Of a stretch of DNA of 64,000 nucleotides, positions 37,769 to 50,501 are shown piece by piece. The notes under the pieces were generated by a model, which saw only the letters and a program-made list of their open reading frames with translations, was not told the DNA's origin and searched no databases. A program made the position numbers and the translations under genes. The stretch spans positions 757,769-821,768 of the forward strand of contig NW_003314308.1 of NCBI RefSeq assembly GCF_000143415.4, in the 5' to 3' direction. Position 1 is the first letter of the stretch; every line of letters begins with the position of its first letter. Source of the DNA: Selaginella moellendorffii. Its lineage: Eukaryota; Plantae; Lycopodiophyta.

Positions 37769-39547
37769 TCTCCTCAGTATGTGTATATTATAGGAGTGTA
37801 AAGTTCTATTAGTACTTTACTATATTAACTATTACATGTTCATATTCCTATATTGTCAACAGAATTGAGTTTACCTTTGCTATTGCAACAAAATGCTAAT
37901 GCTAGGTTTTAGGAGTAATATTTAACAAAAATTCTTCCATTGGTTCAAGTAGAGTTTACTAAATACTTGAGCTGTGTATAAATGGGATAATAAAAGTGCT
38001 ACAACATTTATTATTATCTAGTTCATTTTCCCAGTTTATAGTACATGGTTTATCTAAGAGGTTCCTTGTTCAGTGGAAGGGGTGTTGTTACAAGTTGGAT
38101 TGCAAGTTTATAAAGTCTGCATAATATTCAACATGCAAATCCTCCATAAAATGTGCATGTATAGTAAGTGAAAAACTTTATACGAAAGGATCATAAACAA
38201 GTTGCATCACATATGAATCCATAGGTGCCTCATTTTGATATTCCTCTAGATCCCAACCCATTAATAAAAAACCCTTAATTGCCATCTATTTTTCCATGAG
38301 GAAGGGATGATGTAAAGTTTAGGTATAATGCCATATTAGTCTAATAGTTGTTAGATTAGTTTCAATTCAAACCATTTACTTTTGTATATAACCAAGGGTT
38401 TTTCTACTAGTTGAATATGTATGTACTCACAATATAAAAATTCCTCAAGCACCCACCAAAATTCTATAGGAGTAGAAATTTTATAAATTCATACGGCAAT
38501 TATTTCAATATCTGATTCTTGTTGGCTAGAATATAATTCCTTTACATCCATTTTTTTGTTTCTTTTCTCTCTTTCTAATTCCTAGAACATAGAGGCACAA
38601 GATTTTAGAGCTCTTCCTCCCTCCTCTTCCAAAGAATAAGAGTTCACTCACTTAGGCCCTTGTGTGGTGCAAAGAATCAATCACTCCATATTCCAACTTC
38701 ATGCTTAGAAATTTGTATTTGAAAGATAAAAATTCACTTATGACCTAGACCTAAACCCTCATGCATAACAGTCACACTACAAAAATGAAGCTCAAATGCA
38801 TAAACACTTCTTTGTGGAGAAGGATCTATGCTATTGTCATGGGTTTGCAATGAGGTGGTAATAAAGGCATTGTTCACCATAAAAACTTCACAAAAGCGTA
38901 AATGTTTTCTATGCTGCCACTAATGGTTAAGCTCAACACACACTAAGAGGTATCACATAAAGATGCACAATCTTCAATATCATTGGTGCATGGCAACATC
39001 CACCCACCCTTCAGGAAGAATGGCACTGCCCAATCTGTCAATAAATCAAGTTGAAGACGTTAGAGAGTGATCTTTTGATATCTAATATATACTACTCTTC
39101 CCTGATTCAGCTTCATAACCTCCTTGCTTGGGACTTTCTCTCAATGAAAACAGCTCAAAGCAGCCCTACGTACTTCCTTCAATGCCTGAAAGAATAGAGG
39201 GGCACATTCTTAGTCTATGACAAGTAGTAGCTAAAGCTGGACTTCAAGGCTGATCTCCTTGTCACCAAGGCCAATGACTCATCATTAACACCAAATCCAG
39301 TCATTGTCAATACTGCAGTACATAATAAAAAAGGTCCAATATCTCAGTAGGCACTACAATGACCATAATCTTTCTCTCTCTCTCTTTCTCTGTCCCCCTC
39401 TCCCCTTAGCAACACTCAACAGTAAGGCAAAGGAAGCTCTCAAGGGATCCAAGATGGTTTTAGGAATGATCTTTGAAGATCTATTAGGTTTTTGTAGTCA
39501 AACTAGTGTCTAAGCCCATTACAAAATAAATAAACACGTCTAGCTAG

Positions 39548-41110
39548 GGGTATTTATAGGCAATAAACCCACATGCCCTAATGGCTGCATTAGAGTGTGC
39601 CATTGTTGTCTCTACCTTGTTGGGTGCCGCCCCCAGCTGCATATAAGAGTCCATATCCAGGGCACAAGAGTGCAATTGCCCAAAACAAAAGTGCCACCCA
39701 CCCAAACCATTGCCAAGGAGGGTGAGAGGAGCTCTACCACCTCACAGCAACACCCACAGTCATGCACCACTAGCAAAGTAACACTATGGAGTGGAGGAGC
39801 AAAGAAGCACAGCCATGGAGCAATCACAAGTAGAATGTATAATACACCCTTTATATAGGGTGGGCCTCATTTGCTTATTTGGATTTGCATGCCACCTCAT
39901 TGCTTACATGGGCATGCCACCTCATTACTATAAACTAAAGATTGTTCTAGTATATTATTTTCAATTATTTTTAAGTATTTAAAAGTACAAATCAAATATA
40001 TTATTTATTCTCATTATCTTGATTGTATAGCTTATTATAACTGCATAGAATATTAAATGCAGCTTCCTTTCTTTCAATATATATTTTTCACCAAATATAT
40101 TCTTGAAAGTAAGAGATGTATAATCCTTTTGTTATACCATAGTGAGGAAGGGATCTTTTCACTGCATTCCATGTTGATTCAATATGATTTGTAGAACTCT
40201 AGTCATGGAATCAACAAAATTCTGGGAGTGGTTGATTGTATAATGAGCAACATATGTATATAATATATCAGTTTATCGCAATATAATTGGCCACCTAATA
40301 TTTGATCTAAATCACGTTCAATTCCTCCAAAGACCCATTAACCTTCTACTTTTCTATCATGATTATATTTTTGTTTACCAAACTTACTTTCATCAATTTC
40401 CACAATTCTTCTTGGACCACCAATCTTTTGACTACCTCGTTGTAATGTGATAACACAAATATCATGACAAAAGTTGTACCAATTTATTGTCGTGTGCTCA
40501 CTTTTAATACTACACTCAATACAAGCTTGATCTTGTGGCATTTTAATGCACCAACAATACATCACTTTAAGCATTTAAGCAAATGTAAGATTACTATTTG
40601 CAAACCATGTATTAGTTTTAAGAGATCTTATGGTATTGCAATTTTTACAATTCTACTTTAAACCATCTTTACAACCTCGATTATCAAATCGATATCTCAT
40701 TGGTCAATGGCATCTTTCACATTCTCTCTCTTGTGGAAGAAAATCAACCGCAATACAAAAAGTAAAAGAATTTTCTTTACTATTAGTTCTCTCAATAAGA
40801 TCAGAAAGAGAAAGAATACTATCTTGAGCATGATCTATATATTCCAATCTAGCCATAATACTAAAGAGAAAGATTAAAATATAAAATTATAGTCGTTAAC
40901 ATATCCATTAACAACATCTACTAATTAAAAGTTTAACGTTACTAATTTAGAGTTAGTCATTAAACATGTAGGGTGCAGAGCTGGGCTGACTAAGCACGCC
41001 ACAGAAGAAGCAAGGAGTGAGTGTGGCAAAAGGGCAACCACATAAGAGAAGGGGGTGTTGTATTATGCATTTTTCCCACAATCACCACCTTCACTAACAA
41101 GCCACCTAGA
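39548..41110 (+). pseudogene. Decayed paralog of the extensin-like gene (5' part), interrupted by the Merlin element
   Basis: Same GGTATTTATAGGCA box and recognisable similarity to 42511-42860 (ccaaggagggtgagaggagctc...cacagccatggagca). Confidence 0.7.
39828..41077 (-). mobile_element. Merlin (IS1595/ISXO2-like DDE) DNA transposon, degenerate, 1250 bp
   Basis: Transposase motif KIGGPRRIVEIDESKFGKQKYNH...WVFGGIERD and INHSQNFVD. ~27-bp imperfect TIRs. 8-bp TSD GCAATCAC/ACAATCAC. Empty site at 52619-52626. Confidence 0.88.
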
Positions 41111-41724
41111 CTACTGAACAATAGCTATACTAACTAGATAAAGTTGTATGTAGTGTGCTCTAAGGATCAGGAAGAAAACCACAAGTGCTGAAGCATAGCT
41201 ATGCTAGCTAGATAAAATTGTATTCAGTGTGCTCTAAGGATCAATGTTGCATCAATTGTGATAAGGAAAAAAACCACAATCAAAGAACAAAGTTTGCAAC
41301 CAAGTGGCACTTACATCAGTGTGTTTTATTGTAGCTAGCTTCTCCATATAGGGTTAAAATATAATCCTTGTAGAACTTAAAACAACCACTTTTGGATATA
41401 TTTATTAAAGTAAAAATAGTTTTTGCAATAAAAAATTTCATTTAATTCCTAATTGTTATCAAGTTCAAAAAATGAGTGATTATTGAGGGGGTTTTCCATT
41501 TCTTTGGTACATGTTATCATACTTTAACCCCATAGACAATTGTAATGTTGGTCTCAATTGAGCATCTCAAGAAAAGGCAGAATCAACATGCATAGATAAT
41601 TGAAGTACTTATGTTATACTAAACATTTCCATCTCTGAAACAACCCTCAGCATCATAAAATTCACCAAACAGGATAAACTTATAAAGACCCTGTGTCAAG
41701 AAAGAGAAAATGATTAGAGATTAC

Positions 41725-42130
41725 AGTCTTTTGGAAGAGCAATGCTTACCAATCTATGTGGGGAGCTTTTAGTTGAAGCTGCTCCCACACAGTTGTGTTG
41801 AGATCCAGTTTCCATAAATTCTACAAGAGGCCTCTCCTATAAGTAGAAACGGACTCAGCTTTTATGGTGATCTCTATCAATACAATATCTAAAGTCTGGC
41901 ATAACATCCAATCACCATAGCAAATAAAAAAGGAGAAGAGACAATCACAAACTTGCCATACACGATCAGCTCAGTGTCTTTGATGCCTAAAACGCAAAGA
42001 AAAGAATTCTCAAAGAACGTGAGCTTCCAGATTGAAGATTTTTATCAAATTCTTATGCACGAAGCAATTGCATCATGGTGAAGGAGCTGCCACATTCTCA
42101 TCTTTGCTCTTCCTAGAATTGAGCCTGAGA
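41725..42130 (-). pseudogene. KLHDC4: KLHDC4-like fragment (inverted copy of ~30230-30620)
   Basis: Reverse-complement similarity to 30.2-30.6 kb, e.g. LWKLDLNTTVWEQLQLK. Confidence 0.7.
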
Positions 42131-42429
42131 GCTTGCTTACCAATATCGTCGTCGCAACGCTCACTCACCTTTCCCATTTCCCGGTTAGAATTTATGTGCT
42201 AATGGAAATTGGGAATTCCTGAACAGTGTTCCGTGTCATTACAAGGATCGCAAAAACTGAGCCTCTGGCAAATGGGTTGCCATCATAAACTTTTCAGCGG
42301 AGATCTCCCTCATGAGAAATATATTTTTTTTAGCTGATCATGTCTTCCGCTTAAAATCATGATATTGCTGCAAACGGGAGTAAATCTAAGATCTCATAGA
42401 ATCCTGCGTCCGTACGAGAATCTAGACCA

Positions 42430-42444
42430 GGTATTTATAGGCAC
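42430..42444 (+). promoter_or_regulatory. TATA-like box upstream of the extensin-like gene
   Basis: GGTATTTATAGGCA about 75 bp before the ATG. Conserved in all four paralogous loci (~39549, ~52337, ~53954). Confidence 0.55.
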
Positions 42445-42510
42445 TAAAGCTTCATGACCTAAAAAAAAAGGTTTCTAGCGAGATTTTCTTCTCTCCGGTA
42501 AGCAAGAAAT

Positions 42511-44862
42511 ATGGCTAGCATCATCCGTCGGAGTGTGCCGCCGTCATCTCCGCCTCATCGGGCGCCGCCTCCAGCTGCGCACAGGAGCGTGCATCCGCCT
42601 CGTCCGGGGCACAGGAGCGTGACGCCGCCCAAAACGAGAGCGCCACCACCAGGTAGGAGCATGCCGCCGCCAAAACCATCTCCAAGGAGGGCGAGAGGAG
42701 CTCCGCCACCTCACAGCAGCGCCCACAGTCAGGCACCTTCACCAGCACCGGCAGAGCAACACCATGGAGCAGCAAAGCAACACAGCCACGGAGGAGCACC
42801 ACCTCCAAAGCAGGACAGCCATGGAGCACCACCATCTCCACCAACAAGCCATGGAGCAGCAAAGCAGCACCAGCACAGTCCGCCACCTCCACCAGCAAGC
42901 CACGGAGCAGCCAAGCAGCACCAGCACAGTCCGCCACCTCCACCACCAGGCCACGGAGCAGCAAAGCAGCACCAGCACAGTCCGCCACCTCCACCAGCAA
43001 GCCACGGAGCAGCCAAGCAGCACCAGCACAGTCCGCCACCTCCACCACCAGGCCACGGAGCAGCCAAGCAGCACCAGCACAGTCCGCCACCTCCACCAGC
43101 AAGCCACGGAGCAGCAAAGCAGCACCAGCACAGTCCGCCACCTCCACCACCAGGCCACGGAGCAGCAAAGCAGCACCAGCACAGTCCGCCACCAACAAGC
43201 CACGGAGCAGCAAAGAAGCACCAGCACAGTCCGCCACCTCCACCAGCAAGCCACGGAGCAGCAAAGCAGCACCAGCACAGTCCCCCACCTCCACCAGCAG
43301 GCCACGGAGCAGCAAAGCAGCACCAGCACAGTCCCCCACCTCCACCAGCAGGCCACGGAGCAGCAAAGCAGCACCAGCACAGTCCCCCACCTCCACCAGC
43401 AGGCCACGGAGCAGCAAAGCAGCACCAGCACAGTCCGCCACCTCCACCAGCAAGCCACGGAGCAGCAAAGCAGCACCAGCACAGTCCGCCACCTCCACCA
43501 GTAGGCCACGAAGCAGCAAAGCAGCACCAGCACAGTCCGCCACCTCCACCAACAAGCCATGGATCAAAGCAGCACAGCCACGGAGGAGGAGGAGCAAAGC
43601 AGCACCCACCTCCACCAGCAAAGCAGCATACAGGGCCACCACCTTCTTCCGGGACAATCACTTGGCGACCAAGGAGGTTTGGGCCGCCGCCACCTCCACC
43701 AGCAAAGGAGCATACAGGGCCTGGGACAACCACTTGGTGGCCAAGGCCCGCTCATGACACGATAACATGGCAACCAGGGTCGCCTGTCTTTCACACGTTT
43801 TCATCGCCGCCTCCGCCTGGCCCCTTGTCTATTGCTCCGCCTCTGGGGTCGTCATCATCAACAGCAGCAGCAGCAGCGGCAGCGTTTGCGACACCGGGGC
43901 TGCTTGCGGCAGGCATCGTCCTTTTCCTGCTTGCTATGGTGGCCATCGTCACTGGCATCTGGATACTCGTGAAGGGAAGAAGAAAGAAGGCGAATGACAT
44001 CCTGGTGCGCTACGTCGGGAGCAGCCATCTTCCTGGCAGTGGCAGCAGCAGCAGCAGTCAGCGAGAGCATCTCGTTCCCTTGAGCAAGATTGAGGATGCA
44101 GAGCTCCGGGACAAGCTCGATTCTTTCGTTCAAGAGAGGAGCAAGCAGCAGCTTCGACCGTCGCAGCTGAATGCCAGCACAAAGGTGGCCAGTCCTCCAC
44201 TCGCGAGGCCTCCAAGGCGACTGCCACCTTCGGCTTTTCTCAAGATGAATCCAATCTATGGTGCTGCTACTGATTCGGTTGACGACCGCCTGACGCCGCC
44301 ATTGGGACGAGATCCACCAGCAGCGATCCACGGAGTCGACGAGCGCAAGAAGGTGCCAAGAGCTTCTCTCCCAGAGGATCCATTCTTGTCGAGTGCTGCT
44401 CGTCGGAGCGGCAATGATCGAAGAGCCCAGGAACAGGCTGTGGATCCAGTGTCTCGTCGTGGCACTGTGTTCGATCCTGGAGATGCTTTCGTTGTTCGGC
44501 TCGCAGCAGCAGCGGAGAAGCGAGCTGAGATGGAGAAGCACATGCAAAGGATCATCGAGTTTGGGATGAGGAGGCCCGGCAACAAGCACTCCCACTGGTA
44601 AGTCTTCATGCTTGAGAGATAGAACAAGTGACTAATGGAGCACTTTTAGGATCCGTGAGGTGGAGAATCTGGAGAAGCCCGTGGTTGAGAAGCCCGTGGT
44701 TGAGGCAAATCACTCGGCCAATTCTGGAGGTTCGCATTTGGCTGCTCGTGTACACGACTCAGATGCCAAGGTAAACAGTCTCCATGCCTCGAGTTAAAGT
44801 ATAACTTCTGCTTGAACTAGCCTTCCACCTCGGAGGTTAAGCTTGAGCTCGACGGAGCTTAG
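42511..44862 (+). CDS. His/Pro-rich extensin-like single-pass membrane protein, copy 1 (3 coding exons)
   Basis: Ser-Pro5-6 repeats (SPPPPPASHGAAKQHQH), TM segment LLAAGIVLFLLAMVAIVTGIWILV followed by KGRRKK. GT-AG introns at 44598-44650 and 44771-44820 keep frame to TAG 44862. Confidence 0.85.
42835..43560 (+). repeat. 51-bp coding minisatellite (about 14 units)
   Basis: cacggagcagcaaagcagcaccagcacagtccgccacctccacca... repeated. Confidence 0.95.
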
Positions 44863-45027
44863 AGCGAAAGGAGGTACGCTTTTCGGTCGTTTTGGACTGA
44901 TGATACGCTTGAGGTTGCAGGCATAGAATGAAGATTCATGAAACAAATTACTTCGGTTTTTTTAAACCGCAACAGGCAAAGGCAGGTCCGTGGTATTCAA
45001 TCAAAATTATAACAGATGGAGAAGTCT

Positions 45028-45257
45028 GGAGACATTTGAATTAGGAGAAGGCAATGAGACAACTGCTCTTCATTAAGACAACAGAGAGACATTGAATTGG
45101 GAGATAATATTGCAAGTCTCAAACAAGGCAACGAGATAACTGCTCTTCATTAAGACAGCAGAGAGACATTGAATTAGGAAATTATGATTTGCAAATCTCA
45201 AACAAGGCAACGAGACAACAGCTCTTCACGAAGACAACAGAGAGACATTGAATTGGT
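45028..45257. repeat. ~78-bp tandem repeat (about 3 units), also at ~56450-56680
   Basis: gagacattgaatt...aaggcaacgagacaactgctcttcattaagacaacaga repeated. Confidence 0.8.
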
Positions 45258-45714
45258 TAGAATTTTCTTGTTCCTGTTTTTAAAAAATTTAAACTTTCGA
45301 AACGATTTTACAACATTTGTTATCGTAGACTGAGTAGTCAGCGTTAGTCCACACGTTCACATAATAGCAGATCAAATGCTTATTAGAACAGGGTTGAGTA
45401 GATTATCTCACTTAGTCCAAACAGTCACAACGAAAAGTAAACAGAGATCATTAGACCACACGTTCACAACGAAGGTAATAAATAGCAGATCAAATGACAC
45501 GATCGAGTAGATTAGCTCAGTAGATGCGTTGACCTGTAGTCAACGTTAGTCCAAACAGTAAAAAGTAAACAGAAATCGTAGCATCAGATCAATCACTTCA
45601 GTTGAACGAGCTCATTAGAACAGTAATGAGATAGCGTTGACTGATAGCGTTAGTCCACACGTTGACAACGAGCTTTACCACGCAAGAGTCATAGCGTGGT
45701 AATGAATGGATCAA

Positions 45715-46728
45715 TCAATCCACCATGGATAATGGATTGGAGGGCTTGAAAGCGAGGCTACTCTCCGCCACCTTCTCTGCGAAAGAGTGCCTCAAACAAG
45801 CCGGGAGCTGCGCGCTTAGCTTGCCGCCCCCCATCTTGAGCTTGCCACTGCTGCTACTCTTGCTCACTCCTTGCGGCTTGGCATTGCTCGCGGGAGCCTG
45901 GGCTTTCCCCGTTTCCAAGACGCTAGCCTCGCTAGCTTTTTTCCGCTTCTTCGGATCCACCATCGCCTTTTCTTTCTCCTTCTCTTCTTCCTCCGGTTCC
46001 AGAGTCGTCGCAACCTCGTCAAGCTCCTCCACCCTCTCCTTCACCCTGTTCTTGACGTTGTCCTCGCCCTTGATCTTCTCCTCGACGTTGCTATCTTCCG
46101 GCTCCTTCAAGTGGAGAAGCTTGTGGCCGCCCGATCCCGTCCAGATGCCTATAGAGTCTTTGAGCTGCTCCAGGAAAGTTTCCAGCTTCTTGAAGCCACA
46201 CCCCGCGTGATCCAGTGCGTAGCCGTAGTGCTGCTGGAAGTCCCCCTTGAGCCTCGCCAGAGGATAGCCGGACTTGCAGCTCGGGATGCTCTCGAGCAGC
46301 AAAGCTTTGCAGTCGGCTCTCATCTTGGCTGGGAAGTCGACAGCAGCACCCTTTGGTGATGGCTGCTGCCTCGCTGCTGCTGCTGCCTCCACAGGAGCCT
46401 GTGCCAGGCTTTCCCTCTCTCTCGAGGCCGTCGAGGAGGCTTTCTTTGTCGCGGAAGTGAGCACTATATCTCCCGACTGGAGATGCTCGAGCCTGACGAT
46501 ATCTGAGAACTGCTCTAACAACATACTCGTACTAGAGAAGCCCAGCTCGCTGGCCTCGAGCTTCAGCTTACACTCGGCTTCGAATTCCTTGCAAACAGAT
46601 GCCAGGTCGCAGACACCCCTCCTGCCGATGAACAACGGCAGCCAGCCTCTTAGCCTGTGCATGATATCGCTCGTCCCTGGCGCCTTGTCCTTGTCTTTCT
46701 CCTTCTCCTTCTCCTTTTTGGACTCCAT
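45715..46728 (-). CDS. 5'-truncated duplicate of the NYN-LOTUS gene (two LOTUS domains) fused in frame to an LTR-derived ATG
   Basis: Near-identical to 57137-58133. The first codons MES come from the LTR satellite GAGATGGAGTCC. May be a pseudogene. Confidence 0.55.
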   Translation of the reverse strand: MESKKEKEKEKDKDKAPGTSDIMHRLRGWLPLFIGRRGVCDLASVCKEFEAECKLKLEASELGFSSTSMLLEQFSDIVRLEHLQSGDIVLTSATKKASSTASRERESLAQAPVEAAAAARQQPSPKGAAVDFPAKMRADCKALLLESIPSCKSGYPLARLKGDFQQHYGYALDHAGCGFKKLETFLEQLKDSIGIWTGSGGHKLLHLKEPEDSNVEEKIKGEDNVKNRVKERVEELDEVATTLEPEEEEKEKEKAMVDPKKRKKASEASVLETGKAQAPASNAKPQGVSKSSSSGKLKMGGGKLSAQLPACLRHSFAEKVAESSLAFKPSNPLSMVD

Positions 46729-47219
46729 CTCGGGTCCACCTTGGACTCCATCTTGAGTCCATCTTGGACTCCATCTTGGACTCCATCTCGGACTTCATCT
46801 TAGGTCCATCTCAGACTCCATCTCGGATTCCATCTCGGGTCCATCTTGGACTCCATCTTGGGTCCATTTCAAATCCATCTTGAACTTCATCTCGGGTCCA
46901 TCTTAGACTCCATCTTGGGTCCATCTTGGATCCATCTCGGGTCCATCTTGGAATCCATCTTGGGTCCATCTCAGACTCCATTTTAGACACTTCCATGTGT
47001 CATGTGTTAGTTCTCCTATGTCCCTTTTCTAGAGACTCACTTATTGCTCGCTTCGTGCTTGTTCCTCAAGCACTTCGTTGGGAGTTCTAATCCCGCTTTT
47101 GACATTTCAAGTCGGAGCTTTTAGTTCAAACGTGTTACACTCGTTTGGCTTTCGCTTCGGCCACCACCATGTGGTGCCCTTTCGGCTCCACTTTGGGGCT
47201 TAGGGCTTTGTGTCTCACA
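46718..47219 (-). mobile_element. LTR family A, 5' ~500 bp only, at the duplication junction
   Basis: Terminus ...TTTGTGTCTCACA at 47219. Breaks off inside the GGACTCCATCT array. Confidence 0.85.
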
Positions 47220-50200
47220 TCCCATTGGTCAATTGGATTTAATAATTGGGCTTTTAGGCTCTGACTCAGTGGTGGTGTTAGCAAGTACTACTGTGGATGG
47301 AGTGGGACTTGGTGAGGACCAATTGAAGGATATTGGGGAAAGGTGTTCCCCATGTTTTCAGGCATCCTAAGGGTATTAAAGTGTGGTCAAGGGATAACCA
47401 CTCATGAATGAATGGCTCAGTCTTTGATAGATGGGTCGGTGGTATAAGTGGTCTTGGACTATCAATGAGATGAAGATGAATGAACATGGCTTTAGCATAA
47501 TATGCTAATATGTAAGTGGTACCTTTGGAGTGTCAGTTATAGGATTAGACAAGTGAAACACTACTAAGTGCAAAGGTTAAGTGGCATATATACCATTTAT
47601 GGGGCTAACATATCCCTAAGTTAGGAATAAGATTTATAAAGGGTTGTTCCTTTAAATGGTTGAAAGTGTGGTTAAATGACTAAAATAGAATGAAAAATTT
47701 AGTCGCTTACAGATAATTAAAGTTAATTGTTACTCATTTGAGCTGGTGGTATTTGATTTGATGGGGTTTTTCCATGGTTTACTGTTGGCAATGAGTACGT
47801 CATTATTGATTTTAACTATTTGACTCATTGGGTTAGTGCTCTTGCTAGTGTGTTTATACCTTCTAGTGGATACTTGTAACACATATGATTATGGGATGAG
47901 ATTTGAATATATTATTACCATGGATCCTTGGAACATTGAAGGATAATTGGGAATAAAATAATCACTAAAGGCTCTTTTATCAAACAATTGCCTCTTTTTT
48001 AGTTAGCTTAAAATGAGAGAAATAGGGTGTGTTACATTTTGTATCAGAAGATACGTCTCAGCAAGTATTATCCAATGAGATTAGGCAACTAGTCTTATTG
48101 CATATGCAAAGATGAAAATAATGATTTAAGTGGGTACACATTTAGGTGTTATAATTGTAGGTATCGAAAGTTATTTGTCAACAAGTCCTTTCAGATATTT
48201 TTTCTTTACTGCCATGACAGCAGGAGGTCAGTATTGCTAGACCCTTTATCAGTTCCTTTTATTTAAATGTTAATAAATTTGACTTAGCATATATACTTGG
48301 TTGGATAGGAATTCCTAAGTGTCTATTTAGCTAAGTATACTTGGCCCAGTTTGTTAGTATTTTTTTGCTTTATCTTGCACTGACTTGACAAGAACCCCCA
48401 TAATATTGAGTTTAGTCCCTCAATACTCAATAGGTGATAGTTTATTATATCTGCCAAGATACTATCACTATCATGCACTTTATATTGGTTTCATTTTAGT
48501 CCTATTGGCTATTTATAGAAAGTGTCTAGATTTGCTAGTTAGGCATATCTATCAAATGTAAAGATTGTCCTAAACATAACAATGTTGTTTCTACTTCTAG
48601 ATTTGTAATCTAAGACCATTTCATATTTAGTAAATTTTGTGAAAGCCCAAAGTGTGTGTTCCTCGGGCAATGGTGGGGGGAAGGGGCTTTCCAAATATAT
48701 AATAGGGATAATGGGTAAGTCAAATAAGGCATAATTTAGCTTCTATTTGCGTCCTTATCTTTATTTTGCATCTGCATTTGGCCTAAACTTAACTTCTATA
48801 CCATCCTAACTAATGGAGTATTTATATCCTCACATTAAACCACCAATATGCTAAAATTGTGTTAAATTCTATTTAGCTCCATTTTGCATGTTAGTTTTGG
48901 CATTGGGATGCTAAATGCTCTAGGACTATTCCCATATCACTCTATATTCCTATCCTTTTACTTTCTAAGTTATATATTTGAAAGTTATTCTGTGCTTTGC
49001 TTCCTTTGATCCTTGGCTCCATGCTTAGGAATTTTTCTTTATCCTTTCATTCAGTGGCCCAAGGCTTTGAAACTCAAGTTCCACTTCATTGTTATTAAAC
49101 ACGTGGCATGTGATATATAGCACATGGAGGGTTTAGGATTTTCTTCATAGTTATCTTATGGTAAATCACCATAAGATACAAAGTGAAAACCAAGTACACC
49201 ACAATATTTCCTCCATCAAATGGTGTTCTAAGATTTTTATCCAAAGTGAATTCTCTTAGCCAATGGTTTTTACATTTATGACTAAGGCATTTCATGCTTT
49301 AACATATTGGCTAGGGATATATAATATTTTGATGAGTTTTTGTTTGGTTTGGTAAGGAATGATTATAAAGTACATGAACTTTCAATATTTAGATTGGGAT
49401 TGTTATTTGTTATCTCTTCGATATATGTATATTATAGAGTGTAGAGTTATATTGGCACTTTACAATATTAACTATTACTTGTCATATTCTTATATTGTCA
49501 ATAGAATTGAGTTTACCTTTGTAATTGCAACAAGTTACTAATGCTAGGTTTTAAGAGTAATATTTAACAAGAATTCTTCCATTGGTTTACTAAATAGCAA
49601 AGCTTACTAAATACTTGAGTCGTGTATAAATGGAATAACAACAATGCTACAACTCTTATTATTGTTTGGTTCATTTTCCCAATTTAGAGTATATAGTTTA
49701 TTTAAAGGGTTCCTTGTTCAGTGGAAGGGGTGTTATTGCAAGTTGGACTGCAAGTTTATAAAGTTTGGCATAATATTCAACATGCAAATCTTCTATAAAA
49801 TGTGCATATATAGTAAGTGAAAAACTTTATATGAAATAATCATAAACAAGTTGCATCATATATGAATCCACAGGTCCTTCATTTTGATATTCCTCTAGAT
49901 CCCAACCCATCAATAAAAGACCCTTAATTACCATCTATCTTTCCATGAGGAAGGGATGATGTGAGGTTTAGGTATAATGCCATATTAGTCTAATAGTTTT
50001 TAGATTAGTTTCAATTTAAACCATTTACTTTTGTATATAAGCAAGGGTTTTTCTACTAATTGAATATGCATGCACTCATAATATAAAAATTCCTCAACCA
50101 CCCACCAAAATTCTATAGCAGTAGAAATTTTATGAGTTTATATGGCAATTATTTCAAAATCTGATTCTTGTTGGCTAGAATATAATTCCTTTATATACAT

Positions 50201-50501
50201 TTTCTTGTTTCTTTTCTTTCTTTCTAATTCTTAGAACATAGAGGCACAAGATTTTTAAAGCTCTTCCTCCCTCTTCTTCCAAAGAATAAGAGCTCATTCA
50301 CTTAAACCCTTGTGTGGTGCAAAGAATCAATTACTCTATATTTCAGCTTCATGCTTGGAAATTTGCATTTAAAGGATAAAAATTCACTAATGACCTAGAC
50401 CTAAACCCTCATGCATAGCAGTTACACTACAAGAATGAAGCTCAAATGTGTCAACACTTTTTTATGGAGAAGGATCTATGCTATTGTCATGGGTTTGCAT
50501 T

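Larger units (their letters stand above)
33612..46711. repeat. Tandem segmental duplication, copy 1
   Basis: Collinear with 47220-58133. Identity ends at 46711/58133. Confidence 0.9.

Noticed and set aside
38880-39530. Possible coding remnant shared by both duplicate copies
   Set aside because: Stops in the frames I tried and no motif I could identify.
42835-43560. Regular repeats resembling a CRISPR array
   Set aside because: No unique spacers, in-frame coding sequence, eukaryotic context and no cas genes.
42521-43733. Gly/Cys/Trp- and Leu/Ala-rich antisense and alternative-frame ORFs (also 54045-55155)
   Set aside because: Shadows of the 51-bp coding minisatellite.
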